NCBI GenBank assembly: GCA_900617105.1
Contig: UYFQ01000839.1
Span: 124,001 to 188,000 of the forward strand
From: Hydrurus foetidus
Lineage: Eukaryota
Length of the DNA stretch: 64,000 nt
Reading direction: 5' to 3'
Made by a program: the position numbers and the translations under genes. Numbering within the stretch: the stretch's first letter is position 1; every line of letters begins with the position of its first letter. Below the pieces are notes generated by a model. The model saw nothing but the letters and a program-made list of their open reading frames with translations. It was not told the origin of the DNA and ran no database searches. Positions 21,729 to 31,691 of the stretch are shown here, in pieces.

Positions 21729-21761
21729 CCGTCACAAATCCATTGCGAACCACCGCCAAAG
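21729..21761 (+). promoter_or_regulatory. putative Pho box upstream of phnC
   Basis: CCGTCACAAAT followed by degenerate 11-bp units. Confidence 0.5.
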
Positions 21762-21813
21762 CGGTGAACGCATTCCCCTTGGCCAGAAACCCCGTTAAGG
21801 ATTCGCCCCGACC

Positions 21814-22619
21814 ATGACGTCGGACCCAGTTCTCTCGATCCGCGCCGCCTCGAAGACCTTTGGGTCTCGCCGGGCGCTGGACGCCGTTTCGCTCGACGTT
21901 CGTCGCGGCGAGATGATCGCGCTCATCGGCCCTTCGGGCAAATCCACGCTGCTGCGTTCGATCGATGGTCTGCAGACCATCGACGCTCCGAAAGACGACA
22001 AGAGCGGCGACGGCGTGATCACCGCCTTCAGCGGACCCGTGCAGGCTCGGGGCAAGGTCAGCGACCAGGTTCGCAAGGCCCGGGTGCGCATCGGCTTCAT
22101 CGCCCAGCAGTTCAATCTGGTGGGCCGCCTGTCGCTGTTCAGCAATGTGGCTCTTGGCTCACTGGGGCGCATCCCGTTCTGGCGCGGCGTGTTCGGCGCC
22201 TGGCCCGACGAGACCAAGGCCGCGACCATGGCCGCCCTGCACCGGGTCGGCGTTTCTGACTACGCGGCCCAGCGGGCCAATACCCTGTCGGGCGGCCAGC
22301 AGCAGCGCGGCGCGATCGCCCGGGCGCTGGTCCAGAAGGCCAAGATCATCCTGGCCGACGAGCCGGTCGCCTCGCTCGACCCCGTCTCGGCCCGCAAGGT
22401 CATGGAGATCCTGCGCGATCTCAACAAATCCGACGGCCTGACCGTGGTCGTCACCCTGCACCAGGTGGACTACGCCCTGCGCTACTGCGACCGGGTCGTG
22501 GCCCTGAAGGCCGGCAAGAAGGTCTATGACGGCCCGGCTGACGGTCTGAAACGCGAACAACTCATCGACATCTACGGCCCGGAATTCGAGGACGTATTCT
22601 GGGAAGAGCTCCACAATGA
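21814..22619 (+). CDS. phnC: phosphonate ABC transporter ATPase (indels)
   Basis: IGFIAQQFNLVGRLS, LSGGQQQR, ILADEPVASLDP, VVVTLHQVDYA; Walker A shortened by an apparent deletion; stop overlaps phnD start. Confidence 0.92.
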
Positions 22620-23626
22620 TCCGCCGCAGCCTGTTTATCGCCGCCGCAGCCGCCATGGCCCTGTCGGCCTGCTCGCCCAAGCCGGTCGCCGAGGGACCCA
22701 AGGACACCATCGTGTTCTCGATCCTGTCGACCGAGTCGGCCCAGAACATGGAGAGCTACTGGAAGCCCATCCTGGCCGACATGGAAAAGCAGACCGGCAT
22801 GAAGGTGAAGCCGTTCTTCTCGTCCAACTATTCGTCGCTGATCGTGGCCATGGGCGCCGACCAGACCGATGTGGGCTGGTTCTCCAACCAGTCGGGCCTG
22901 GAAGCCGTGCGCCGTTCGGGCGGCGAGGTTTTCGCCCGCACCTTCGATCCGTCGGGCACCGACGGCTACAAGTCGGTGATCATCGTGCCGGCCGACAGCA
23001 AGCTGACCCTGGCCGACCTGCTGAAATGCGACAAGACGCTCGACTTCGGCATCGGCGACAAGAAGTCGACCTCGGGCACCCTGGCCCCGATGACCTATGT
23101 GTTCATCCCGGCCGGCAAGAAGCCTGACACCTGCTTCAAGACCGTGCTCAGCGCCAGCCATGACGCCAACCTGTTTGCGGTGGCCAACAAGAAGCTGGAC
23201 GCGGCCACCAACAACACCACGGCCCTGCGCCTGAACGGTGATCGCGGCGCGGCCCAGCTGAACAAGGTCAAGGTGATCTGGGAATCGCCGACCCTGCCGG
23301 AAGATCCGATCGTCTGGCGCAAGAAGCTGGATCCGGTGACCAAGGAAAAGGTCCGTCAGTTCTTCCTGACCTATGGCCAGGGCGATACGCCCGCAGCGGC
23401 CCAGCAGCGCGCCAACCTGGCCAAGCTGTCGATGGGCGGGTTCCTGGCCGCCGATGACACCCACCTGCTGGTGGTGCGCGAAATGGAAGCCCTGGAGCAG
23501 TTTGGCCTGGCCAAGGAAACCGGCGACGCGGCCAAGATCGCCGCCGCCCAGAAGGCTCTCGACGGGGTCAAGGCCGAACGCCTGGCCGCCGAGGGCAAGG
23601 CCGGTCTGCCCGCGCCGGCCAACTGA
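22616..23626 (+). CDS. phnD: phosphonate/phosphate ABC transporter substrate-binding lipoprotein
   Basis: Lipobox LSAC, ILSTES, GDKKSTSG, PEDPIVWRK. Confidence 0.92.
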   Translation: MIRRSLFIAAAAAMALSACSPKPVAEGPKDTIVFSILSTESAQNMESYWKPILADMEKQTGMKVKPFFSSNYSSLIVAMGADQTDVGWFSNQSGLEAVRRSGGEVFARTFDPSGTDGYKSVIIVPADSKLTLADLLKCDKTLDFGIGDKKSTSGTLAPMTYVFIPAGKKPDTCFKTVLSASHDANLFAVANKKLDAATNNTTALRLNGDRGAAQLNKVKVIWESPTLPEDPIVWRKKLDPVTKEKVRQFFLTYGQGDTPAAAQQRANLAKLSMGGFLAADDTHLLVVREMEALEQFGLAKETGDAAKIAAAQKALDGVKAERLAAEGKAGLPAPAN

Positions 23627-23634
23627 GCCTGTCC

Positions 23635-24452
23635 ATGAGCAGCGACACCATCCCGCCGCCGCCAAAGAAGTCGGCCTCGGCCCTGGCCTTTGACATCCTG
23701 CTGTGGGGCGGGGTGATCGGCCTGCTGATCATCAGCTTCAGGCCGGCCGAGATCGACAAGTTCCCGCAGCTGTTCACCGAAGCGGGCCGGATGCGCGAGT
23801 TCGCCACCGGCTTCTTCGCGCCGTTCGGCGACGCCAAGCTGTTCATGGAAATGGACTGGTCCACCTATATCGGCAAGATGTGGCAGACCATCCAGATGGC
23901 GCTGTGGGGTACGGCCCTGGCCATCATCGTCGCCATTCCGCTGGGCCTGCTGGGCGCGCGCAACATCACCCCCGGTGTGGATCCAGCAGCCGGTGCGCCG
24001 GGCGCTGGACCTGATCCGTTCGCTGCCGGATCTGGTGGTGGCCCTGATCTTCATCACCGCCGTGGGCCTGGGGCCGTTCGCCGGCGTCATGGCCCTGATG
24101 TTCAACACCGGCGGCGTGCTGGCCAAGCTGTTCGCCGAGGCGGTCGAGTCGATCGACAAGGGCCCGGTCGAGGGCGTGCGCGCCACCGGCCGTGCCCCTG
24201 CAGGAAATCGTCTGGGGCGTGATCCCGCAGGTCGCGCCGCTGTGGACCAGCTATGCCTTGTACCGCTTCGAATCCAGCAGCCGCTCGGCCACCGTGCTGG
24301 GGCTGATCGGGGCGGGCGGCATCGGCCAGGTGCTGCTGGAATCCGTCAACGGATTTCAGTACGACCAGACCGGCTGCATCGTGCTGGTCATCGTGGTGGC
24401 GGTGTCGCTGATCGACCTGCTGTCGCAGATCATCCGCAGCCGTTTACTCTGA
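23635..24452 (+). CDS. phnE: phosphonate ABC transporter permease (frameshifted)
   Basis: [38 protein letters not shown]...[15 protein letters not shown]. Confidence 0.92.
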
Positions 24453-24503
24453 CGACTGAGGATTATGTGTCTAGTTGGCCACAGGTTAACCTCTTGAAAA
24501 CGC

Positions 24504-24543
24504 TTGTCGTCAGGCTGTCACAAATCGGTGGCTGAACCGTCAT
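24504..24543 (+). promoter_or_regulatory. Pho box array (PhoB)
   Basis: Four units at 11-bp period: TTGTCGT, CTGTCAC, CGGTGGC, CCGTCAT. Confidence 0.75.
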
Positions 24544-24629
24544 GGGAGCCCGGTAAGCCGCTGTAATCCTGATCCCGCTCCTCGAATGAGGGGTGAGAGG
24601 CCAGGGGCAGCCTTAAGGGGAATTCTCAC

Positions 24630-25875
24630 ATGATCAACAAGACCTCGCTGGTCGGCGGTTCGGCGCTGGGCGTCATGCTCGCGCTCGGCCTGGGCGTTTC
24701 GGCCCAAGCCCAAGACACGGTGACCACCTGGAAGGGTGCTCCGCAATTCACCAACGACACCCTGACCTTCAAGGTCCGCGGTCGCGTGTACGAAGACGTC
24801 GTCTATCAGGACGTTGACCGCACCGGTACCGGCGTTGACTTCAAGGCCTGGAACACCCGCCTGCGCACCGCCCGTCTGGGCGTTGAAGGCACCTGGAACG
24901 GCAACTGGGCCTACAAGGCCGAAGCTTCGATCTCCAGCGGCGGCGGCACCACTCAGTGGGAAGACCTGACCCTCGAGTACAAGCCCACCGAAACCACCTC
25001 GATCGTGGTCGGTAACTTCAAGACCGTCTCGCTCGAAGACATCACCTCGTCGCGCTACAACACGATGATGGAACGCGGCGCGTTCAACGACTTCATCAAC
25101 GCCGGTCGCGTGATGAACCTGCAATTCAAGACCAACGGCCCCAACTGGACCGCCGCCGTCGCTCTGTCGGGCGACAGCCTGAACAACGCCGACGTCGCCA
25201 CCAACTCGGCCACCGGCTCGAAGGAAACCTTCGGCTACAACGGCCGCTTCACCATCGCGCCGATCGTCACCGACAACACGACCGTTCACCTGGGCGTCTG
25301 GGGCCGTTACCGCGACCGCGGCGATCAGGCCAACTTCACCTATCAGGTCCGCAACAACACCAACTACGGCGCGCGTTACACCTCGTCGAGCCGTCGGCGT
25401 CCACGACAAGACGATCGGCCTGGAAGCTGTCCTGCTGCACAAGCAGTTCTCGCTGCAGTCGGAATACGCCCGCATCACCGCCGACCGCACCGGTACGGCT
25501 TCGGACGTTGATCTGGACTCCTTCTACGTCACCGGCAGCTTCTTCCTGACCGGCGAGACCCGCCGTTACGAAGCCGCCAAGGGCGAGTTCAACCGCACGC
25601 GCATCCTGTCGCCGATGACCGCTGGCGGCATGGGCGCCTGGGAAGCCGCCCTGCGCTATGACTCGGTCGACCTGACCGATCTGAAGGGCGTCGCCACCGC
25701 CGGTAAGTACACGGCCTGGACCGCTGGTCTGAACTGGTACCCCCACCCCTACGTTCGCTTCATGGCCAACTACACCAAGGCCAAGAACGACAACCCTCTG
25801 ACCACGGGCGTCAACACGCAGCTGAACGATGTCGACGTCGACACGTTCCAGATGCGCGCCCAGTTCGACTTCTAA
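24630..25875 (+). CDS. OprO/OprP-family phosphate-selective porin (frameshifted)
   Basis: Signal peptide, RTARLGVEGT, GNFK..SLEDITSSRY..MMER, FLTGETRRY, GAWEAALRY, GLNWY, C-terminal QFDF. Confidence 0.9.
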
Positions 25876-25951
25876 GACCTGAATATCAAGCAGGCCGCGC
25901 TGGACGCGGCCTGCTTCCTCCCCACGCCTTAGAGATTTCCAGGAGTTCTCC

Positions 25952-26995
25952 ATGAAGAAGCTTCTTTCCTGCGCGGCCGCCGCCGTGGCCCTGTCGGGCC
26001 TCGCCGCCGTCCCCGCCCACGCCGCCCGCGACTACGTCTGGGCCGCCGGCTCCTCGACCGTTTTCCCCTTCTCGACCCGCGTGGCCGAGAACTTCGCCAA
26101 GAAGACCGGCAAGAAGGCCCCCAAGGTCGAATCGCTGGGCACCGGCGGCGGCATCAAGCTGTTCTGCTCGGGCGCCGGTGAAGGCTTCCCCGACATCGCC
26201 AACGCCTCGCGTCCGATGAAGAAGTCCGAGTTCGACGCCTGCGCCGCCAAGGGCGTCAAGGACATCGTCCAGATCAAGATCGGCTTCGACGGCATCGTCA
26301 TCGCCACCGACAAGGACGGCGCTGACTACAACTTCAAGACCGAGCACCTGTATCTGGGCCTCGCCGCCCAGGTCCTGAAGGGTGGCCAGTTCGTGAAGAA
26401 CACCAGCAACAGCTGGGATGACGTCGGTCCGGGCCTGCCGGGCAACCGCATCCAGGTCTATGGCCCGCCGCCCACCTCGGGCACCCGCGACGCCTTCGTG
26501 GAACTGGCCATCGAGGCCGGCGCCCGCAAGTTCCCGACCGCTGACGAACTGCGCTCGAACAACGAAAAGCTGTTCAAGCAAAAGGTCGACCCGCTGCGCG
26601 CTGACGGCTGGATCGACGCTGGCGAAAACGACAACGCCATCGTCGGCACCCTGACGAAGACCCCGGGCGCCCTGGGCGTGTTCGGCTATTCGTTCCTCGA
26701 AGAAAACATGGACAAGGTGAAGGGCGCGACCGTCAACGGCGTGAAGCCCACCGCCCAGACCATCTCGGACGGCTCCTATCCGCTGTCGCGTTCGCTCTAC
26801 ATCTACGTCAAGAAGGCCAGCATCGGCGTCACGCCGGGCCTGGCCGAGTTCCTGTCGGAGTTCACGTCGGACGCCGCCACGGGTCGCGGTGGCTATCTGC
26901 AGGGTCGCGGTCTGATCCCGCTGCCCCCCGGCCAGCACGAAAAGAACAAGGACGTCGTCAAGAACAAGATCACGATGGCCCGTCCGGCTTCGTAA
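25952..26995 (+). CDS. pstS: phosphate ABC transporter substrate-binding protein
   Basis: AGSSTVFPF, GTGGGIKLFC, DIANASR, GPPPTSGTRDAF, YPLSRSLYIYVK. Confidence 0.93.
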   Translation: MKKLLSCAAAAVALSGLAAVPAHAARDYVWAAGSSTVFPFSTRVAENFAKKTGKKAPKVESLGTGGGIKLFCSGAGEGFPDIANASRPMKKSEFDACAAKGVKDIVQIKIGFDGIVIATDKDGADYNFKTEHLYLGLAAQVLKGGQFVKNTSNSWDDVGPGLPGNRIQVYGPPPTSGTRDAFVELAIEAGARKFPTADELRSNNEKLFKQKVDPLRADGWIDAGENDNAIVGTLTKTPGALGVFGYSFLEENMDKVKGATVNGVKPTAQTISDGSYPLSRSLYIYVKKASIGVTPGLAEFLSEFTSDAATGRGGYLQGRGLIPLPPGQHEKNKDVVKNKITMARPAS

Positions 26996-27026
26996 GACGC
27001 TTTAATTTTCCCCGACCAAACTTACC

Positions 27027-27061
27027 TCGCCGCGGCCCTATGGGCCGCGGCGATTTCTTTT
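27027..27061 (+). terminator. intrinsic terminator after pstS
   Basis: TCGCCGCGGCCC-TAT-GGGCCGCGGCGA then TTTCTTTT. Confidence 0.85.
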
Positions 27062-27151
27062 GTATAGTGGGTCAACGGTTCACCCTCGCCGCGTCAAGGA
27101 AGTCAGGGTCGCGGTCGCCGTCCGGCGCCGTGTCATTGACCCCCTAGGGCT

Positions 27152-28452
27152 ATGATCCTCCTCGCGCTCGCTGTCGTGTTTCTCCTCGTTCTTTTGAACG
27201 GGGTTTTTTCCATGTCTGAACTGGCGGTCGTCTCCGCCCGCCGGGCCCGGCTCCAGACCTTCGCCGATCGCGGCGACAAGGGCGCCAAACTGGCCCTGGC
27301 CATGGCCGAGCATCCGACCCGTTTTCTGTCGGCCGTGCAGGTGGGCATCACCCTGATCGGCATCCTGGCCGGCGCCTATGGCCAGGCCACCATTGCCGCC
27401 GCCCTCGACCACTGGCTTGAGCCCATGCCGATGATCGGGCCGCATTCGGAGATCATCGCCACCATCGTGGTGGTCATCGGCCTGACCTATGTCTCGGTCA
27501 TCCTGGGCGAGCTGGTGCCCAAGCGTCTGGCCCTGCTGTTCCCCGACGCCATCGCCCGCCGCATGGCGCCGTTCCTGGCCATCGTCGCCCTGGTGCTGCG
27601 CCCCTTCGTGACCATCCTGACCGTCTCGACCGCCGCCATCCTCAAGCTGATGGGCGTGCGCGACGAGCGGACCAACGACATGACCGCCGAAGAGGTCGAA
27701 AGCGTGCTGGCCGAAGGCGCTGACGCCGGCCTGATCGAGCCCGAAGAGCGCTCGATGATCCAGGAAGTGCTGCGCCTGGGCGACCGCCCGGTGCGTGTGG
27801 CCATGACCCCGCGCCGCGACCTGTTCTGGATCTCTCTGGCCGACACGCCCGAGGAGATCCTGATGGAGATCCGCGGCTGCCCCTATTCGCGCATCGTGGT
27901 GGCCACCGACGACGACGGCGGCGAGATCGGTGTGCTGCTGAAGAAGGACCTGCTGGACGCCTGCCTGTCGGGCAATCCGATCGACGTCGCCGCGCACGTC
28001 CAGCAGCCGATCGCCATTCCCGAGACCATGTCGCTGCTGCGCGCCATGGCGCTGTTCAAGCAGACCCGCTGCACATGGCCCTGGTGGTCGACGAGTTCGG
28101 CTCGGTGCAGGTGATCACCCCCATCGACCTGCTGGAAATGATCGCCGGCGACTTCCCCGAGGGCCACGACGACACCGAGACCCGCATCCTGCGCCGTGAG
28201 GATGGCACCTGGCTGGTCGACGCCCGCCTCGACATCCAGGAGCTCAACGACGCCCTGGGCGAGGCCTTCGAGGCCGAGGGCGGCTACCACACCGTGGCCG
28301 GCCTGATCCTCGACCGCCTGGGCCGCATCCCCCGCGAGGGCGAGATCGTCGAACTGGGCGGCTTCGATGTCGAGATCGTCGACATGGACGGCTCGCGCAT
28401 CGACAAGGTGATCCTCAAGCCGTGCCTGCGGCGCAAGGGCGAGGCGGAGTAG
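27152..28452 (+). CDS. HlyC/CorC (CNNM-CBS) family transporter (frameshifted)
   Basis: NGVFSMSELAVVSARRARL, ILGELVPKRLAL, MTPRRD, ALVVDEFG, YHTVAGL, RIDKV. Confidence 0.92.
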
Positions 28453-28510
28453 GGGGCTTGCTTGCAAGCTGACCTTGGCTGGGCCGGCTATGGGTGGGTT
28501 TCGGCCCTCG

Positions 28511-28748
28511 GAACCCCTCTCTCATAGAGAGGGAGGGGCCCGCCGCGAAGCGGTGGGAGGGTGAGAGGTTACAGCCTCTCAGAACGTAGCGCTGCGAAGC
28601 CGGCGGGTGACCGGTTTTTTCCGAGGTTGGGCGTGAACTCGCTGGCGAATGATGGAAGGGATCGGGACCTTCCGGAAACGGTGAAACCTCTCACCCTCCC
28701 ACCGCCTCCGGCGGCGGGCCCCTCCCTCTCTCTATGAGAGAGGGTTTC
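28511..28748. repeat. REPIN-like element: ~60-bp inverted arms around a ~115-bp spacer
   Basis: Left arm 28511-28570 is the near-perfect reverse complement of right arm 28685-28748. Confidence 0.85.
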
Positions 28749-28814
28749 AGAACGTCCGCTCAGGGTCGAAAGCAGCTTTGCCATCCGCCCCACAAGCGGA
28801 CGCCCCGCGTCCCG

Positions 28815-28969
28815 GTCATCCTTAAATCTCTTGGAGGCTGCAGCGTGCCGGTCTGACCAGGTTGGTCAAGGACGGCCCTCCGGGCCGCCGCGGAGCGGCC
28901 GGTCGCAGACCGGTCCTTGAGCAACCTGGTCAGACCAGCGATCGTCTCGCCGTGAGATTTAAGGATGGC
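28815..28969. repeat. long rod-like inverted repeat (MITE or ncRNA candidate)
   Basis: CATCCTTAAATCTC/GAGATTTAAGGATG perfect 14 bp; 28850-28873 pairs with 28913-28936 at 23 of 24 positions. Confidence 0.75.
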
Positions 28970-29003
28970 TCCCTTCGGCGCGAAGGGGGCGGGGGCCTGA
29001 TCG

Positions 29004-29176
29004 AACCCTTCTCCCAGAGGGAGAAGGAGGGGCCCGCGCCGCAGGCGTGGGAGGATGAGGGGTTTGCGAAGCCCTTCCGGACAAGGCAGGGCCTTCGGGC
29101 GCCAGGACGGCTGACGGTGTAACCCCTCACCCTCCCACGCAAGCGTGGGTCCCTCCCTCTCCCTCTGGGAGAGGGC
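29004..29176. repeat. second REPIN-like element of the same family as 28511-28748
   Basis: CCCTTCTCCCAGAGGGAGAAGGAGGGGCCCGCGC...GCGTGGGAGGATGAGGGG / CCCCTCACCCTCCCACGC...GGGTCCCTCCCTCTCCCTCTGGGAGAGGG. Confidence 0.85.
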
Positions 29177-29297
29177 TGGAGGGGATACGCCGCGCTCAAT
29201 CCCCGTTCTTTCCAGAACAAACCCCAGCCCAATCAACGCTTGTAAAATAGTTGATCGCGCCCATCAGACGCGCTGAAACCTCCCGTATTCTTGTCCC

Positions 29298-29676
29298 ACC
29301 TCGTCGCGAGGAAAGGGCGCAAGGCCAGCGACCATTGCGGCGGCGGGGGGTGATCGAGCGGGACTGGGCTTCAGGGGGATACTGAAGCGCGTCCGGGGAT
29401 CCTGGCGTTGCAGGACCCGCCCGCCGTCGGCGTGGATGGGGATCAAGGCGAGTGTTGGTCAGGATTGGCCCCACGCCCCCCGACCTCCGGGACTTCGGGA
29501 AACCGAAGCTTCCGGGTTCCGGTAAGGCCCCAACTGGGCCACCCGCTGGGACGCTGACGGATAACGATGACGCGGAGCGCTCGGCTTCGTCGAAACGGTA
29601 TTTTCCATCTCTCATCCGGGCGAGGCCCGGACGCTCCGCGACCCTTCCCACTCCCTCGGCGGTTTCCGCGCGAGGT
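29298..29676 (+). ncRNA. candidate ~380-nt multi-domain structured non-coding RNA
   Basis: 5' and 3' ends pair (ACCTCG-CGC-GGAAA with TTTCC-GCG-CGAGGT); nested long-range helices, GAAA-capped hairpin, no credible ORF, TATTCT just upstream; strand inferred. Confidence 0.6.
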
Positions 29677-29689
29677 CGCGAAGCCGTGT

Positions 29690-30781
29690 CTAGGCCGCCG
29701 TCCGTCCGCGCAGCCGCGCCAGCCGCCGCAGCCGCCGCCAGAACCGGGTCTTTTCCGGCTCGGGATAGGGCTGCAGGTTGCGGAAGAACTCTTCGGCGCA
29801 GGCGCGCCACGAGAAGCCCTCGGCGAACTTGCGGACCACGGTCTTGTCCAGGTCCAGGCACGCCAGGCAGGCCTCGCGCAGCCCGTCGGTCTGGCCCGGC
29901 GCCAGGGCGCCGGCGTTGGAGCCGGGGATGATGTCGATGGGGCCGGGGGCCGAGAAGGCGGCCACGGGCACGCCGGCGGCCATGGCCTCCAGGATCACCA
30001 GGCCGAAGGTGTCGGTCAGGGAGGGGAAGCAGAACACGTCGGCGCAGCCGAAATAGCGGCCCAGCTCCTCGCCGAACTTGGCGCCCAGGAACTTCACCTC
30101 GGGATATTTCTCGGCCAGCTCCTCGCGCTGGGGACCGTCGCCGATCACCACCTTGGTGCCGGGCAGATCCAGGCTGGCGAAGGCCTCGATGTTCTTCTCG
30201 ACGGCGACGCGGCCGACATTGAGGAAGATCGGGCGTGCAAGGCCCGCGAACAGGTCGGGCTCGCCCGCAGCGCGCGGCTTGAAGACGTCGGTGTCGACGC
30301 CGCGCGACCACGGCGAGAGATTGCGGAACCCGTGCTTGGCCAGCTCGTCGCGCATGGTCGGCGTGGCCACCATCAGGCGCCCGGAGGGCTTATGGAACCA
30401 GCGCATATAGGTGTAGCCGGCGGCCAGCGGCAAAGGCAGGCGGGCCGAGACATATTCCGGGAACTTGGTGTGATAGCTGGTCGTGAACGGCAGCTTCCAT
30501 TCCAGGCAGATGCGGCGGGCGGCCAGGCCGATAGGACCCTCGGTGGCGATGTGGATCGCTTCGGGCTCGAACGACTTGAAGCGGTCCTGCACCGGCTCAT
30601 AGGCGCCGATCGCCAGCTTGATTTCCGGATAGGTCGGCAGCGGGAAGGTCGGGAACTGGTCGGGGCTGACGACATCGACCTCGTGGCCCATGGCGCGCAG
30701 TTCGTCGACCACCCGGGTGAGGGTGCGAACCACGCCGTTGACTTGAGGTTCCCAGGCGTCTGTGGCGAGAAGTATCCGCAT
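29690..30781 (-). CDS. GT4 glycosyltransferase, Agt-like (glycolipid synthase)
   Basis: MRILLATDAWEPQVNGVVRTL, HIATEGPIG, FTTSYHTKFPEY, VGRVAVEKN, FPSLTDTFGLVILEAMAAG. Confidence 0.88.
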   Translation of the reverse strand: MRILLATDAWEPQVNGVVRTLTRVVDELRAMGHEVDVVSPDQFPTFPLPTYPEIKLAIGAYEPVQDRFKSFEPEAIHIATEGPIGLAARRICLEWKLPFTTSYHTKFPEYVSARLPLPLAAGYTYMRWFHKPSGRLMVATPTMRDELAKHGFRNLSPWSRGVDTDVFKPRAAGEPDLFAGLARPIFLNVGRVAVEKNIEAFASLDLPGTKVVIGDGPQREELAEKYPEVKFLGAKFGEELGRYFGCADVFCFPSLTDTFGLVILEAMAAGVPVAAFSAPGPIDIIPGSNAGALAPGQTDGLREACLACLDLDKTVVRKFAEGFSWRACAEEFFRNLQPYPEPEKTRFWRRLRRLARLRGRTAA

Positions 30782-31605
30782 CAGGCGGCGGCAGGCTCCG
30801 GCAGGGGCTCGGTGGCGGGCGCGGCCAGCTTGCGGTCGATCACCGACCACGAGCGCAGCTTGGCCCATTCGAGGATTTCAAGTTGACCGTCGGCATGTTC
30901 GACGAGGGCGGTGCAGCTCTCCACCCAGTCACCATCGTTGACGTAGGTGATTCCGTCTATGTCGCGCATCTCGGCCTTGTGAATGTGCCCGCAGATCACG
31001 CCGTCGACGCCCCGGCGGCGCGCCTCGTCGGCCACGGCGGACTCGAAGTTCTCAATGAAATGCAAAGCGTTCTTCACCTTGACCTTCAGATAGGCCGAGA
31101 GACTCCAGTAGCCGAAACCCATGCGTCGCCGAGCGCGGTTCAGCAAGGTGTTCAGCATCAGGATGGTTCTATAGGACCAATCCCCGAGGAAGGCGAGCCA
31201 CTTGGCCTGCTGCACCACACCGTCGAATTCGTCGCCGTGAACCACCAGATAGCGCTTGCCGTCGGCGGTCTCGTGGATCACGTCGCGGGCCACCACGACA
31301 CCGCCGAAATGCACGCCGCAGAAGTCGCGGATGCGATCGTCGTGATTGCCGGGGACATAGATCACCTCGGTGCCCTTGCGGGCCAGGCGCAGGATCTTCT
31401 GGACCACATCGTTGTGGGCCTGCGGCCAGTACCACCCGCTGCGCAGCTTCCAGCCGTCGATGATGTCGCCGACCAGATAGAGCGTGTCGCACTCGACATG
31501 GCGGATGAAGTCCAGCAGCAGCTCGGCCTGGCACCCCCGGGTGCCCAGATGCAGGTCGCTGATGAAGATGCTGCGATAGTGGCGGACAGCGGATTCGGCG
31601 CTCAT
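30781..31605 (-). CDS. LpxH-like metallophosphoesterase, PlcP-type phospholipase C candidate
   Basis: ISDLHLG, LVGDIIDGW, PGNHDD, HGDEFD, CGHIH, NDGDWVESCTALVE; translationally coupled to the GT4. Confidence 0.88.
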   Translation of the reverse strand: MSAESAVRHYRSIFISDLHLGTRGCQAELLLDFIRHVECDTLYLVGDIIDGWKLRSGWYWPQAHNDVVQKILRLARKGTEVIYVPGNHDDRIRDFCGVHFGGVVVARDVIHETADGKRYLVVHGDEFDGVVQQAKWLAFLGDWSYRTILMLNTLLNRARRRMGFGYWSLSAYLKVKVKNALHFIENFESAVADEARRRGVDGVICGHIHKAEMRDIDGITYVNDGDWVESCTALVEHADGQLEILEWAKLRSWSVIDRKLAAPATEPLPEPAAA

Positions 31606-31691
31606 GCGGGTCCCCGGTTGCTGCGCCTGGTCGATCCGCCCCCGGATTGGTCGCGACCTTCGGCGAGAGATCCGGCGATTAAGCTGATTGC

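Noticed and set aside
28501..29200. CRISPR array or coding ORFs in the repeat region
   Set aside because: The repeats are inverted arms, not direct repeats with unique spacers, and there are no cas genes. ORFs there are translations of palindromes.
29298..29676. RNase P RNA or tmRNA identity for the large structured element
   Set aside because: GAGGAAAG is present but not followed by TCC, the 3' AGAACCCGGCTTA-type partner is absent, and there is no tag-peptide frame or T-arm/CCA end.
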